NCBI GenBank assembly: GCA_964483635.1
Contig: CAZABS010000001.1
Coordinates: 16,692 to 80,691, forward strand
Direction of reading: 5' to 3'
Origin: an uncultured Bdellovibrionales bacterium
Lineage (GTDB): Bacteria > Patescibacteriota > Minisyncoccia > Moranbacterales > UBA1568
DNA length: 64,000 bases
Shown in pieces: positions 9,791-20,301 of this stretch. How positions within the stretch are numbered: the stretch's first letter is position 1; every line of letters starts with the position of its first letter. The position numbers and the translations under genes were made by a program. The notes under the pieces were generated by a model. That model searched no databases. It saw only the letters and a program-made list of their open reading frames with translations, and was not told the origin of the DNA.

Positions 9791-10522
9791 ATGAAGTGTT
9801 CAAGAGACCTGAACGGAGTCGTCGATATACCGCGCCGCCGCCTCATTCGCGCTATCGCTGCATCAGGTGCTGTTCGATACGGAGGGCGCGTCGCATTAAC
9901 GGGAGTTGCCACTATCACAGCGAATGGCATTGCAATACATCCGGCAACTGCCGCTGCACCGATGGCCATAGTCTTTCTGACCGGCTTGCTTGGTGCACTT
10001 GGTCAGCTCGTTGCCGAGCTTCTCGGCGAAGTCTTGGGGCGAAGTGTGACATCGCACGACATCAGGACTCACGTAAACGAAAGCCCCGGACTCGACTCTC
10101 GACATCGCGCTTACCGCGACCCTGAGCGTGTTGTACGTATGCCGCGTTCGGACTGGTTTTCCACTTGCGCTGCCGACGCGCTCCAAGAACGCGCCGATGA
10201 TGGGCAATTGGATGACGATCGGAACGACATCAATCGATTGGAACTCGTTGCATTGACGAAGGCTCGGCGGTCGTCCGGAGCTCTCTACACCCCCACGAGT
10301 GAACGTCTCGGTCTCTCGCGAGAAACTGCGACCGGCCTCTTGCAACGGATGGTCGGTCGCCCATGGGTAAGGGAGGGTGACACCTTCTATGCGCAATACG
10401 GACGGCACTTCACCGGGCGATATGGTTCAGCTGGGCTCTTTGTCCTCCAGAAGGAAGGTGAGGCTCGTTTGCGCGCTACCATGGTTGATGCACGTACCGG
10501 ATACGTACTTGCTGAAGTTTAG
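9791..10522 (+). CDS. Hypothetical protein with a Tat-like signal (RRRLIRAIAASGAV)
   Basis: Twin-arginine motif followed by a hydrophobic stretch; no other motif. Confidence 0.4.
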   Translation: MKCSRDLNGVVDIPRRRLIRAIAASGAVRYGGRVALTGVATITANGIAIHPATAAAPMAIVFLTGLLGALGQLVAELLGEVLGRSVTSHDIRTHVNESPGLDSRHRAYRDPERVVRMPRSDWFSTCAADALQERADDGQLDDDRNDINRLELVALTKARRSSGALYTPTSERLGLSRETATGLLQRMVGRPWVREGDTFYAQYGRHFTGRYGSAGLFVLQKEGEARLRATMVDARTGYVLAEV

Positions 10523-10611
10523 GCCATGTCCTTAGTCAAGCCGTGCAGGGCGGCTTGATCAAGTCGATCGAAAGAAGAAATCCGTGACTCATCGCCACGG
10601 ATCAAAATACT

Positions 10612-11178
10612 TCAGAGCAATCCTCGCTCCGCAAAGCTCACGCATGAGGGTCCAGCGACCACGAAGTGATCGAGCACCCGGATGTCGACGAGGGCGAGGG
10701 CTTGCTTGAGAGATTGAGTGAGAAGTTCGTCGGCTCGGCTCGGTTCAGCCACGCCGCTCGGATGATTGTGAGCGAAGACGACCGCTCCGGCATTGCGCTT
10801 GAGCGAGTGCTTCACCACTTCTCTTGGGTAGACGCTTGTCTGAGCGAGGGTTCCGCGGAAGAGTTCTTCCGAAGCGATGAGCCGGTTCTGTGAATCAAGG
10901 AAGAGGGCATGGAAGGCTTCATGCTCCATCCCGGCGAATACCGAGACGAGGTAGGAGCGCACCGCCACGGGTGAGGTGAGGATCTCCCTCCCCGAGAGCG
11001 CTTCGGCGTAGTAGCGCTTCATGAGCTCCCGGGCGGCGAGGAGCTTCCTCTGTGAAGGCGAAGCTTCGCCTCCGGCTTCGAAGAGATCTCCAAGGGAACG
11101 GGTAAGGAGGATACGTGCCCTCTCCATGCCTACGAGCTGTCCCAAGAGTTCGACGTTACTCATGCGTTCAAGATCCAT
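10612..11178 (-). CDS. radC: RadC-family JAB/MPN domain protein
   Basis: HNHPSG JAMM motif plus [13 protein letters not shown], typical of RadC/UPF0758. RadC genes are frequent in integrative and conjugative elements. Confidence 0.85.
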   Translation of the reverse strand: MDLERMSNVELLGQLVGMERARILLTRSLGDLFEAGGEASPSQRKLLAARELMKRYYAEALSGREILTSPVAVRSYLVSVFAGMEHEAFHALFLDSQNRLIASEELFRGTLAQTSVYPREVVKHSLKRNAGAVVFAHNHPSGVAEPSRADELLTQSLKQALALVDIRVLDHFVVAGPSCVSFAERGLL

Positions 11179-11316
11179 GTCGGTCTCCTTCTCAGTGATG
11201 AAAGTACCGACTTCATCTTGGAACGCAGTGCGCTTCTTGCCATGACGCGGAAAGGTGCTCGGGGTGCACCTCTCCCACGGCTATCTCACTCTCGTGAGAT
11301 TCCCTAGTCTGAGTGA

Positions 11317-12498
11317 ATGCCTCCCTCTGACATTTCTTTCTTCGCCAGGACCAACGCTCGATCGTCATCGCAGCCATTCGGCCTGAGACAACCCGACCGA
11401 CTGCTGCATGTCTACGTGATCGGAAAGACCGGCACGGGGAAGTCAACCCTCTTGGAAACCCTCGCTCGTAGCGACATCTTGGCTGGCCGAGGTTGTGCTG
11501 TCCTCGATCCACATGGAGACCTGGTGGATCGCCTCATGAATGCTGTACCCGCAGGGCAGCGAGAGCGGATCGTCTTCTTCGATGTCACCGATCTCAAAGA
11601 GCCCTACGGCTACAACCCGCTTCGGAGAGTCAGACCGGACAAGATCCCACTGGCGGCTTCTGGTCTCATGGAAGCCTTGAAGAAGCTGTGGAGCGAAGCT
11701 TGGGGCGTACGGATGGAACACATTCTCCGGAACGCTCTCTATACTCTCCTCGAATACGAGGGTGCGCGGCTTCCCGACATCCTGCGGCTCATCTCGGACG
11801 CAAGCTTCCGAGCGATGGTGGTGAAGTCGATCACCAACGAGCAGGTGAAGCGCTTCTGGCTTACCGAGTTTCCGCACTACAACCCGCGCTATCGCCAAGA
11901 GACGATTGCTCCCATCCAGAACAAGGTGGGCGCCTTCCTCGCTGACCCACGGCTTTACCGAATCTTCACCGGAGGAGAGGAGCTGCGTTTCCGGCGGATC
12001 ATGGACGAAGGCCGGGTGCTCCTCGTCAACCTCTCCCGGGGTGAGCTCGGTGAGGACAGCTCGAATCTCCTGGGGAGCCTTCTCGTAACGACTCTTTCTC
12101 TCGCGGCGTATTCACGTGGAGAGTGTCCCCGAGAAGAGCGCACCCCGTTCTTCATCTACCTCGATGAATTTCAACTCTTCACCACGCTCTCGACTGCCAA
12201 CATGATCTCCGAGATGCGAAAGTTCGGGATCGGACTGATCCTCGCACATCAACACTTAGGGCAGCTTGCTCCAGAGGTGCGACATGCTGTCCTGGGGAAC
12301 ATGGGGACATTGGTGACGTTCAGGATGGGCGGAGAGGATGCTGAGTTCTTTGCTCGTGAGTTCTCGCCCGAGTTCACGGCTTACGATCTGCTCTCCCTTC
12401 CCAACTATGACTGCTATGTCCGCCTCATGATCGGCGGTAGCCCCACTCGTCCCTTCAGTGCGACGACCCTTAACCCAGATCAAAACTTGCTGCCCTGA
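11317..12498 (+). CDS. FtsK/HerA/T4CP-superfamily P-loop ATPase (soluble, 393 aa)
   Basis: Walker A VIGKTGTGKST, then VLDPHGDL (DUF87/HerA-like DPHGEY block), Walker B FFIYLDEFQLF and a sensor ILAHQHLGQL (T4CP/TraG-D-like). No transmembrane segment. Confidence 0.7.
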   Translation: MPPSDISFFARTNARSSSQPFGLRQPDRLLHVYVIGKTGTGKSTLLETLARSDILAGRGCAVLDPHGDLVDRLMNAVPAGQRERIVFFDVTDLKEPYGYNPLRRVRPDKIPLAASGLMEALKKLWSEAWGVRMEHILRNALYTLLEYEGARLPDILRLISDASFRAMVVKSITNEQVKRFWLTEFPHYNPRYRQETIAPIQNKVGAFLADPRLYRIFTGGEELRFRRIMDEGRVLLVNLSRGELGEDSSNLLGSLLVTTLSLAAYSRGECPREERTPFFIYLDEFQLFTTLSTANMISEMRKFGIGLILAHQHLGQLAPEVRHAVLGNMGTLVTFRMGGEDAEFFAREFSPEFTAYDLLSLPNYDCYVRLMIGGSPTRPFSATTLNPDQNLLP

Positions 12499-12541
12499 GT
12501 TGTGGAAGCGTCACGGGAAACAAGAGAGGGAGGAGTGAACC

Positions 12542-13054
12542 ATGGGATACGTTGCAGCGACCACCGTCTTGTCGCATTGGAACCATCGCATCGACGGAAT
12601 GCAGCAATCCGCCAATGAGTTCTACACCGAGGTCGAGAGGGTGCTCGCGGTCCAGAACGTCGACAAGATCAAAGCCGAGCGGGTCAATCTCTCAGAAGGT
12701 GGCATCTTCACCGGGAAGCGCGAGTATCTCCAGATTAGAAGAGGTGAGCAGCTCTTCCATGTGTGCGCCGCTCCCTTTGGGAACGGTTTCTTCATCTCCT
12801 CCTGGCTCGGCGTGAAGGAGTCCGGCTTCTGGGCCTGGCTTGCCATGCTGCCCGGTATCGGCTTCTTCGTGCAGCGCTTCCTCAAGCCCCTCACGTACTA
12901 CAAGATCGATACCTCGCTCATGTTTCAGTCGATCACCCATGGCGCCATCATGGAAGTAGTGGACGCTCTCACTAAAGCCAAGGGACTGCGCTCCCTCACC
13001 GAGAATGAACGCAAGCCCGTGATGCGCGACTTCTTCGCCAATATCGGCGGGTAG
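12542..13054 (+). CDS. Hypothetical protein (170 aa) between the two ATPase paralogs
   Basis: ORF with possible hydrophobic segments; no motif recognised. Confidence 0.35.
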   Translation: MGYVAATTVLSHWNHRIDGMQQSANEFYTEVERVLAVQNVDKIKAERVNLSEGGIFTGKREYLQIRRGEQLFHVCAAPFGNGFFISSWLGVKESGFWAWLAMLPGIGFFVQRFLKPLTYYKIDTSLMFQSITHGAIMEVVDALTKAKGLRSLTENERKPVMRDFFANIGG

Positions 13055-13063
13055 AAGGCTCCC

Positions 13064-16000
13064 ATGATTCCGACCCTGGCTGAAGCCGTTACGGCGAGCT
13101 TCTACGCTTGGGAGATTCGGGGGAGAGGCTGGTGGCTCTCGGACTATCCGGTGGTCCTGGAGCCACCCTTTCGCCACTGCTTCATGCTGCCGTCTCTCGC
13201 CTCACCCCGCCACATCATTGACGACGGGAAGCGCCCAACCTTCCTGAGTTCGCTGGTCGAAGGAGTCAAGGACACCCTGGTCGGGAAGTCTGCGATCTCA
13301 CAAACGAATGAGGAGCCATTCGAGGAGCCCGAACCAGCAAGGGCCGAGAGGGCGAACTCGCGCGTGTCGCTCCGGCTCACAGTTCCGGTCGATTTCCGGC
13401 TGCGGCCTGAGGCCATCGCGCAGTTTCTCCGATCGCTTTCGACCACACTCTCACCTGTTGCCTTCGAGATCGTTGGACGCGCTGGAAAGGTCGCGATCCA
13501 AGTCACCTGTGCCGAGGTTGATGCCGCCCTCGTCGGAAGCCAGCTTGAAGCCTCAATCCCCGAAGCAGTGGTGCTTCATGATGATGATCTTCTTTCTGAA
13601 GCATGGGACGAGGAGGCGAAACATCTCGTGGTCGATTTCGGACTCTCGCATGAGTTCTTCCTCCCGCTCGGATCAGTGAGCGTTGGACTCGATCCGTTCG
13701 TCACTCTCATCCCAGCCCTGGCGGCGTCTAAAGAAGGCGAGATCCTTGTCTACCAGGTGCTCTTCGAGGGTGTACGCAATCCGTGGTCCTCGGCGATTAG
13801 GGAGGCGCTCGATGACGGAACAGGCGGCTCCATCATGGCGGATGCACCTGAGTTCCTGCCGCTCTCTCGGGAGAAGCTCCGTACTCCGCTTCATGCCGTC
13901 TCGCTGCGCGTCGCCGCTCAAGCAAGGTCGACGTCACGAGCCTGGGACTTGGTACGTTTGACCGGAGCGTTCATCAGGCAGTGCGGACGACCGGGATCGA
14001 ATGAACTCCTCCCCTTGGAGAACACGGACTTTCCGGATGAACTGCATGCAAGCTCCGTCTTGTGGCGCGAGACCTATCGCTCAGGGATGCTCCTCTCAGG
14101 AGAAGAGCTCGGTCTCTTCGTCCATCTCCCTGACGCGTCGGTGAAGCATCCGGGACTCATCCGGAGTATCGAGCGTACCAAAGCTCTTCCCAATGAAGCT
14201 CGGGGAAGGGAGTTCGTCCTCGGCGAAAACGTCCACCGCGGAGAGCGGATGGCCGCGACCATCGGCGAAGCCGAGCGGCTTTCGCACACCTGGATCATCG
14301 GCGCTTCGGGAGCCGGGAAGTCAACCCTGCTTCAGAGTCTCATCCTTCAGGATCTCGAACGAGGAAATGGGATTGTGGTGCTTGATCCGCATGGCGATCT
14401 CATCGACGACGTTCTCGCGCGGATGCCGAAGGAGCGCATTGACGACGTCATCCTCTTCGATCCGAGTGATACCGAACATCCGATCGGCTTCAATGTCCTC
14501 TCTGCGGGAAGCGAAATCGAACGCACTCTCTTAGCTTCCGATCTGGTCGGAGTGTTTCGACGGCTCTCGACGTCCTGGGGCGATCAGATGTCGTCGGTCT
14601 TGGGAAATGCGGTCCTCGCCATCCTTGAAAGTGAGCGAGGCGGGACACTGCTCGATCTACGTCACTTTCTCGTTGACGATCGATTCCGGAGAGAGTTTCT
14701 CGGGACAGTCGACGACGATGAGATCCGCTTCTTCTGGGAACGTGAGTACCCACTCATTGGTTCACGCTCGATCGGACCGATCCTCACGAGGCTTGATACC
14801 TTTCTCCGGCCCAAGGTGATCCGGCATATCGTGGGACAACGGGATGGAAAGCTCGATCTCGGAAGAGTCCTCTCGAAGCGCCAGGTGCTCCTCGCCAAGC
14901 TCTCGCATGGAGCGATCGGCGAGGAGAACAGTTACCTCATGGGAAGTCTCATCGTCGGGAAGCTCCTGGAGCTTGCCCTCGCGCGCCAGCAGCTCGCCAA
15001 GGAAGAACGCGCCCCATTCTTCCTCTATGCCGACGAATTCCAGCATTTCCTGACGCCTACGGTCGAGACGCTTCTTTCCGGAGCAAGGAAGTACGCTCTC
15101 GGCGTGACCCTGGCTCATCAGACCCTTGGTCAGCTCGCCCAAGCGCCGAAAGTTCTCTCAGCTCTCTCAGGGAATGCCTACACCCGCATTGCATTCCGGA
15201 CGAGTGAGGAAGATGCGCGGAGAGTAGCTGAAGGGTTCTCCTTCTTCGAAGCTTCGGACCTCGTCAGACTCCGGCGAGGCGAAGCCATTGTCCGTATGGG
15301 TTCGTCGGAGAACGACTTCAACCTGAAGACACTACCGCCGAAGCTGATTGCGTCCAATGAACGAGGTAACCGGCTAGCGCGTCTCTCGCGCGAGCGCTAT
15401 GGAATACCGGTAGCCGAAGTACGCGAGGCGCTCGCCAATGCTCGTGAGCCGATTCGTTCGTCCGAGGACGCGGTTCCGCAAGCCACAGCAGAGGAAACGC
15501 CGCCTGCTCCGACACCGATGAGCATCGAGCGGAAGCCGCTCGCACGACGCAAGGTGCTCGCTGACACTCCGCCGGAACCTCTCGGCCACGGAGGTCAGGA
15601 ACACAAGTATCTCCAGCATCTCGTGAAGCGCCTGGCTGAGGAGCGAGGCTTTCGAGCCATCATCGAAGACGACGCTGGCGAAGGAAAAACCGATGTCGTC
15701 TTGAAGAAAGACACGCTCACTATCGGTTGTGAGATCTCGGTGACGACCGATGTCGAGCATGAACTCGGGAACCTCCGGAAGTGCCTTTCGGCTGGATTCG
15801 GGGGGATTGTCGCGATCGTCCCAGACAAGCGGCGCCGCGAGAAGTTGGCGAAGCGAGCTGCCGAGGAAGCGATTGCCGCTCGGGTTATCTCACCCGAGGA
15901 GATCGTGAGCTTCCTCGATGAAGTGGCGGTCGGCTCCGCGACTGCCGAATCAACCGTACGCGGCTACAAGGTCAAGGTGAAGCGGCAGGCGATGAGTCAG

Positions 16001-16072
16001 GGTGACCTCGCCGGCAGGCGCTCGGCTGTGGCCGAGGTGATCGCGCGGTCAATCGGGCGGAGCGAGGGTTGA
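13064..16072 (+). CDS. Large (1002 aa) FtsK/HerA/T4CP-superfamily ATPase with a ~370-aa unknown N-terminal domain and a C-terminal YraN/Hjc-like PD-(D/E)xK nuclease-like tail
   Basis: IGASGAGKSTLL, VVLDPHGDL, FFLYADEFQHF and TLAHQTLGQL are paralogous to the 393-aa ATPase. The C-terminus (ERGFRAIIEDDAGEGKTDVVLKKDTLTIGCEISVT) follows the E...G-x-D-hhh...hhh-E-h-(K/S) layout of YraN/Hjc-like nucleases. Confidence 0.7.
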   Translation: MIPTLAEAVTASFYAWEIRGRGWWLSDYPVVLEPPFRHCFMLPSLASPRHIIDDGKRPTFLSSLVEGVKDTLVGKSAISQTNEEPFEEPEPARAERANSRVSLRLTVPVDFRLRPEAIAQFLRSLSTTLSPVAFEIVGRAGKVAIQVTCAEVDAALVGSQLEASIPEAVVLHDDDLLSEAWDEEAKHLVVDFGLSHEFFLPLGSVSVGLDPFVTLIPALAASKEGEILVYQVLFEGVRNPWSSAIREALDDGTGGSIMADAPEFLPLSREKLRTPLHAVSLRVAAQARSTSRAWDLVRLTGAFIRQCGRPGSNELLPLENTDFPDELHASSVLWRETYRSGMLLSGEELGLFVHLPDASVKHPGLIRSIERTKALPNEARGREFVLGENVHRGERMAATIGEAERLSHTWIIGASGAGKSTLLQSLILQDLERGNGIVVLDPHGDLIDDVLARMPKERIDDVILFDPSDTEHPIGFNVLSAGSEIERTLLASDLVGVFRRLSTSWGDQMSSVLGNAVLAILESERGGTLLDLRHFLVDDRFRREFLGTVDDDEIRFFWEREYPLIGSRSIGPILTRLDTFLRPKVIRHIVGQRDGKLDLGRVLSKRQVLLAKLSHGAIGEENSYLMGSLIVGKLLELALARQQLAKEERAPFFLYADEFQHFLTPTVETLLSGARKYALGVTLAHQTLGQLAQAPKVLSALSGNAYTRIAFRTSEEDARRVAEGFSFFEASDLVRLRRGEAIVRMGSSENDFNLKTLPPKLIASNERGNRLARLSRERYGIPVAEVREALANAREPIRSSEDAVPQATAEETPPAPTPMSIERKPLARRKVLADTPPEPLGHGGQEHKYLQHLVKRLAEERGFRAIIEDDAGEGKTDVVLKKDTLTIGCEISVTTDVEHELGNLRKCLSAGFGGIVAIVPDKRRREKLAKRAAEEAIAARVISPEEIVSFLDEVAVGSATAESTVRGYKVKVKRQAMSQGDLAGRRSAVAEVIARSIGRSEG

Positions 16073-16170
16073 TAGACGGCGGATAGAGCTATTCAGCAAA
16101 TGAGAGCACCTACACGCCTTCAAGCCCGGTGCGTCAGACGCGGGTTCCTGTGCCTCATACACCCCTCCTA

Positions 16171-19100
16171 CTATTGAACGTACGTACGAAGGAAGTATCC
16201 GTAACCCGCGTTATGCCATGTCCCCGCAGGTGGAAGTCGTTCGAAGCGCGTAAGGTATGTGCCCCCCTGTGGTCCAACGCCACCCGCCAGCCCGGGTTGG
16301 GTGGCCACATTCGTCTCATCTGCTCGGAACCCAACGAGGAGGTGCTGACCAGCAGTTACCGCCAATCCATCACCCGGCAAGTGAATGGTCGTCCATGGAA
16401 CATTCATGAAGCCGGATGGGCTGATGTATTGCGACGTATTAGGCGGGAAACTGAGGAACGGAGTCGATGTCGTTACGAGCGACGATGTGGCTGGCACGTC
16501 GAATCCTGGGCCCGGAATGCCGTAGAAACTGACGGTCACGCTTCCAGTCGACGAGACCGTCGAACCCGTCAATATTTTCACGTCGATCTGCTTGAGCTGC
16601 CCGCTATGACCAACCTGGAACGCCTGTGCGATCTCTGTACCGTCAAACTTGTATGTCCCCGTCGTCACGTCAAAACCAACATTGAAGCCCTGCGCTATAT
16701 AGGCGGTTTCAGAGGGTGATGGTGAGTAGTTGAAATCCACCGCAAGAGGCGCAGGTGATCCACTGAGCGTCACGATCCAAGCTTCCGTCTGTCCGCTTGG
16801 ATTCAATCCCCAACCGACGATAGTCCGGCCGTCATCTGAAATACCCGTCGCCGCCGCCAGGAACCACCCCGCGAGACTGACGCCGTGATCGACTTCCAGA
16901 ACGTCTTTCAGACGACGTACGCCAATGCCCTCGATCCACATGAAGGCTTCGATACCAGCCGGCGTGCCCGGAGCACTTCCCTCTCCGACGACGACCTTGC
17001 CGTCGGCGGAAACGCCGTAGGCGATGCTTTGAGTATGTCCACTGGCGAGTCCCAATCCTTGCATCCCGCCCGCTGCAGTCCAGCGGAAGGCTTCGATCGA
17101 ACTCAGCCCGCTTCTGCTCCATCCAACGACGGTGTTGCCGTCAGCAGAGACGCCGTATGCCGTTGCATCATAGCCGCCGCCGGGGAGTTCGCCTAGAGAT
17201 TGCATACCGCCAGCCAGAGTCCAGCGAAACGCCTCGCTTCCCAGCGCAGTAAGCCCCGCGCCAACCACAATCCTCCCGTCTCTCGATACGGCACGGGCCT
17301 TACTAGAGAAACCTCCACCACTGAGATCGCCCAAGCCTTGCATGCCAGCGTCCTCAGTCCAACGGAAAGCCTCACTGATGCCCGTGTATCCCACCACGGC
17401 TTTGCCGTCGGCGGATACGCCATACGCCTCGCTATATGGATCGCCTCCGACAACGAGATAACCCAGGCCCTGCATGCCACCGCTCTCGGTCCAACGGAAA
17501 GCTTCAAGCCCTGAGCCTCTGTTTCCTCGTCCTACGACGGTCTTTCCATCCGACGATACGGCGTATGCCACTGTGTCGAAATACGCGCCACTGAGTTGCC
17601 CTAGTCCTTGCATGCCACCGCTTTTCGTCCAACGAAAGGCTTCGTTCCTTCGGCCATCGATTTCGCTTTCGCCCACGACCGTTTGACCGTCGCTTGAAAC
17701 CCCGAAAGCCCGGCTAAACACATTCCCTCCGGGCAAGTCGCCGAGTCCCGTGAATACTGCGATCTTCGGTATGCCAACTCCTGGCGGAGTCAACATAAAT
17801 CCGCGCGCCTGCCCATTGAGGCGACCGACTCCCACGATGTGGCCGACATTGTTGATCGCAGCCGCGCTATCGAGCAGCCATCCACTGCCTACGTCGATCC
17901 GCGTGTTGAGCTCGATCATCGTGCCGTCTTGCCAAACGAAGGCGCCGCCACGTACCGCATTCCCATCAACGATCCCCGTGTATCCAACTACCTGACCGAC
18001 GTTGTTGATCCCGTAGGCATAGCTTCCATAGCGAGTCGCACCAGCGAGCGAATTGATATCGCGCGTGACGCCGTTCTCCCAAAGGAAGGCGTGCTGGTAG
18101 TCGCAGCCGGTGGCCGCGTCCGTCGTCGATCGCGCATACCCCACTACTTGGCCGCGCTCGTTGATGGCGGTCGGGACGATGTCGGCACCGGCTACCAATG
18201 GGGTGAGCTTGCTTACCACTCCGTTGCGGAAGATAAAGCCGGTGATTCCGTCGAATCCATAGACACATCCGAATGGAATGAACTGCGAGCCGAATCCGAC
18301 CACGTTGCCCCCGCTGTTGACGGCGGTCGCGCTTCCAACTGGAATGAGGGGCGAGAGGTCGCTGAGGTCGGTGACGCTCCCACCATGAAAAACGAAAGCG
18401 TGGTCGCGACCCGTCGTCGTTGACGTAAGGGAGCCAGCGATATGACCAGCGTTGCTGATGCTCGCAGCTTCCGCGTGACCATCTGGATTGATGCGTAGGT
18501 CTGACATCGCACCGTTAACGTACAAGAACGGGCGCCACGCCTGATACACCGGTGTTGTTGTCATGACGTGCGATGACCCGACAACCTGACCACTGTTGTT
18601 GATGCTCGTTGCCATGGTTCCACTATTCGGGGATTCGAACCCAAGCTCTCCGAGGTCGAGGAGTATTCCTCCGCTCCAGAGAAAGGCTCTGCTTCCTCCG
18701 TTCAATATGTAACTGCCAACGACTTGCCCTCCGTCGTTGATTGAAGCCGGAGTGACGTCGCCCAAATCGGTGACGGTATAGCGCGACGGGATCACAAGAG
18801 GAGGTGGTACGACCGCATCGACCGTGACCGACCGTGTCGTCGTTCGCGCGCTGCCGCTGTTGTCGGTGACGGTGAGCGTTATGGTGTAGGTTCCAGGGCT
18901 CCCGTAGTACACGTCATGCGATGGCAGTGCGGTGTAAGTACCCTCGCCCTTTCCGGCATCCCAGACGTAGCTGACGATGGATCCATCAGGATCAGTGCTC
19001 CCGCTTGCATCGAGGTGTACTGCCTGATTTGCACTGATGGTCGACGGGATAGCCGTAAACGATGCGACAGGTGGGTGGTTGACGGTGATCGTTCGCGTGA

Positions 19101-20280
19101 ACGGATACGAAGTGGCACCACGGTCGTCGGTGACCCGCAGGGTGACCGCCTTGAGACCGGGGGACGTGTATGCGAACGCGATCGGCGCCGAGGAGGTGGT
19201 GCTGAACGGACCACCTTCACCGAGATCCCATCCATAGCTCTTGATGGTCCCGTTTCCGTCTGGGTCGGAACTTCCCGACGGGTCGAAACTCACCTCCTCG
19301 CCGACGTTCACCGTAAACGTGTTTGCGGATCCTGCACTCACCGAGAAGGAGGCGATGGGGGGTAGATTTGCGTGGCTACACCGAGCGTTGGTCAGAGCAA
19401 GAATGGATGAAGCGATGTTCTCGTAGACACGTTGCTCCACTACGCTCGGGTTGAGATACTCGTCTCCCGGAAACAGGTACGCCTCTAAGAACCCATGCCG
19501 CCAAGAGTCTGCCACCTTGAGTCCGTAAAAGTCCAGCCATGGATCGGTGTAAGGATCCTCTGTGTTTGCTCGCAAGGAAGGAGCTAGGAATTTGATTACC
19601 CGCTTGAGTGAGGCGTTGAAGATCACTTGGTCATCCGGGGTTCCGAGGGGCATACCGTCACCAATGCGAAGGTGAGGCACGACCGACCTCGAGATCCGCC
19701 AGTCAGGACTGGCAACAGCAACGATTGCAATCGCCGACTTGTCTGATCCGGGGATGCGATCGACAGCTGGATTCACAAAGTAGTTTCCTTGTGAGTGCGC
19801 CACCACAACAACAGTGCGTCCGGCGTTGATGAGCTCGATGTACTTGGTCTTATGATCATTAATAACTTGTGCGGTTTCTATTGGTGGAACTGCCAAGGCG
19901 TCCGTGATGAGATCAAGAACCTCGCTCAGTCGCCCGGATTGGATTGCCTGCAGCGATCGAATGATTCCCCATGGAGACGCCAGGCTGAAACCTTCCTGCT
20001 TCCCTACCTCCTGAATGTCAGAAATCAGATTATCTTTGGGGTTGTAAGCGATAACGGAGAAGTCAAGTCGGCTGGAATCCACTCCGAGATCGGCACGTTC
20101 GTCTACCCACGCCTTGAACCGCGCTTCGAGCTCGTCTCGTGTTTTCTCGGCATCGTGTCTTCTGTTAGCCACACCATTGCCGAACACAACATTCGTCACA
20201 CCGCATCCGGCAGGGACCACCTGAGCCGAGACCGAACCCAAGAGCGTTGTGAGGACAACCAACAGCACCAGTCGTAGCAT
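16171..20280 (-). CDS. Giant secreted multidomain protein: lipase/esterase alpha/beta-hydrolase, PKD-like domains and tandem HAF-family extracellular repeats
   Basis: Signal peptide MLRLVLLVVLTTLLGSVSAQ. Nucleophile elbow VVAHSQGN (GxSxG). PKD-like PDGSIVSYVWDAGKGEG and PDGNGTIKSYGWDLGEG. At least 5 tandem ~45-aa repeats EAFRWT..GGMQGLG......AYGVSADG..VVG, with earlier HAFLW/GAFVW-type units (HAF repeat family). Confidence 0.8.
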   Translation of the reverse strand: MLRLVLLVVLTTLLGSVSAQVVPAGCGVTNVVFGNGVANRRHDAEKTRDELEARFKAWVDERADLGVDSSRLDFSVIAYNPKDNLISDIQEVGKQEGFSLASPWGIIRSLQAIQSGRLSEVLDLITDALAVPPIETAQVINDHKTKYIELINAGRTVVVVAHSQGNYFVNPAVDRIPGSDKSAIAIVAVASPDWRISRSVVPHLRIGDGMPLGTPDDQVIFNASLKRVIKFLAPSLRANTEDPYTDPWLDFYGLKVADSWRHGFLEAYLFPGDEYLNPSVVEQRVYENIASSILALTNARCSHANLPPIASFSVSAGSANTFTVNVGEEVSFDPSGSSDPDGNGTIKSYGWDLGEGGPFSTTSSAPIAFAYTSPGLKAVTLRVTDDRGATSYPFTRTITVNHPPVASFTAIPSTISANQAVHLDASGSTDPDGSIVSYVWDAGKGEGTYTALPSHDVYYGSPGTYTITLTVTDNSGSARTTTRSVTVDAVVPPPLVIPSRYTVTDLGDVTPASINDGGQVVGSYILNGGSRAFLWSGGILLDLGELGFESPNSGTMATSINNSGQVVGSSHVMTTTPVYQAWRPFLYVNGAMSDLRINPDGHAEAASISNAGHIAGSLTSTTTGRDHAFVFHGGSVTDLSDLSPLIPVGSATAVNSGGNVVGFGSQFIPFGCVYGFDGITGFIFRNGVVSKLTPLVAGADIVPTAINERGQVVGYARSTTDAATGCDYQHAFLWENGVTRDINSLAGATRYGSYAYGINNVGQVVGYTGIVDGNAVRGGAFVWQDGTMIELNTRIDVGSGWLLDSAAAINNVGHIVGVGRLNGQARGFMLTPPGVGIPKIAVFTGLGDLPGGNVFSRAFGVSSDGQTVVGESEIDGRRNEAFRWTKSGGMQGLGQLSGAYFDTVAYAVSSDGKTVVGRGNRGSGLEAFRWTESGGMQGLGYLVVGGDPYSEAYGVSADGKAVVGYTGISEAFRWTEDAGMQGLGDLSGGGFSSKARAVSRDGRIVVGAGLTALGSEAFRWTLAGGMQSLGELPGGGYDATAYGVSADGNTVVGWSRSGLSSIEAFRWTAAGGMQGLGLASGHTQSIAYGVSADGKVVVGEGSAPGTPAGIEAFMWIEGIGVRRLKDVLEVDHGVSLAGWFLAAATGISDDGRTIVGWGLNPSGQTEAWIVTLSGSPAPLAVDFNYSPSPSETAYIAQGFNVGFDVTTGTYKFDGTEIAQAFQVGHSGQLKQIDVKILTGSTVSSTGSVTVSFYGIPGPGFDVPATSSLVTTSTPFLSFPPNTSQYISPSGFMNVPWTTIHLPGDGLAVTAGQHLLVGFRADETNVATQPGLAGGVGPQGGTYLTRFERLPPAGTWHNAGYGYFLRTYVQ

Positions 20281-20301
20281 CTGACCAACCCCCGCGGTTT
20301 T

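Noticed and set aside
16129-19426. Plus-strand ORFs inside the giant HAF-repeat gene (e.g. 16129–16719, 17839–18423, 18916–19365)
   Set aside because: They are antisense to a well-supported 1369-aa coding frame and have Arg/Ser-rich artefact composition.
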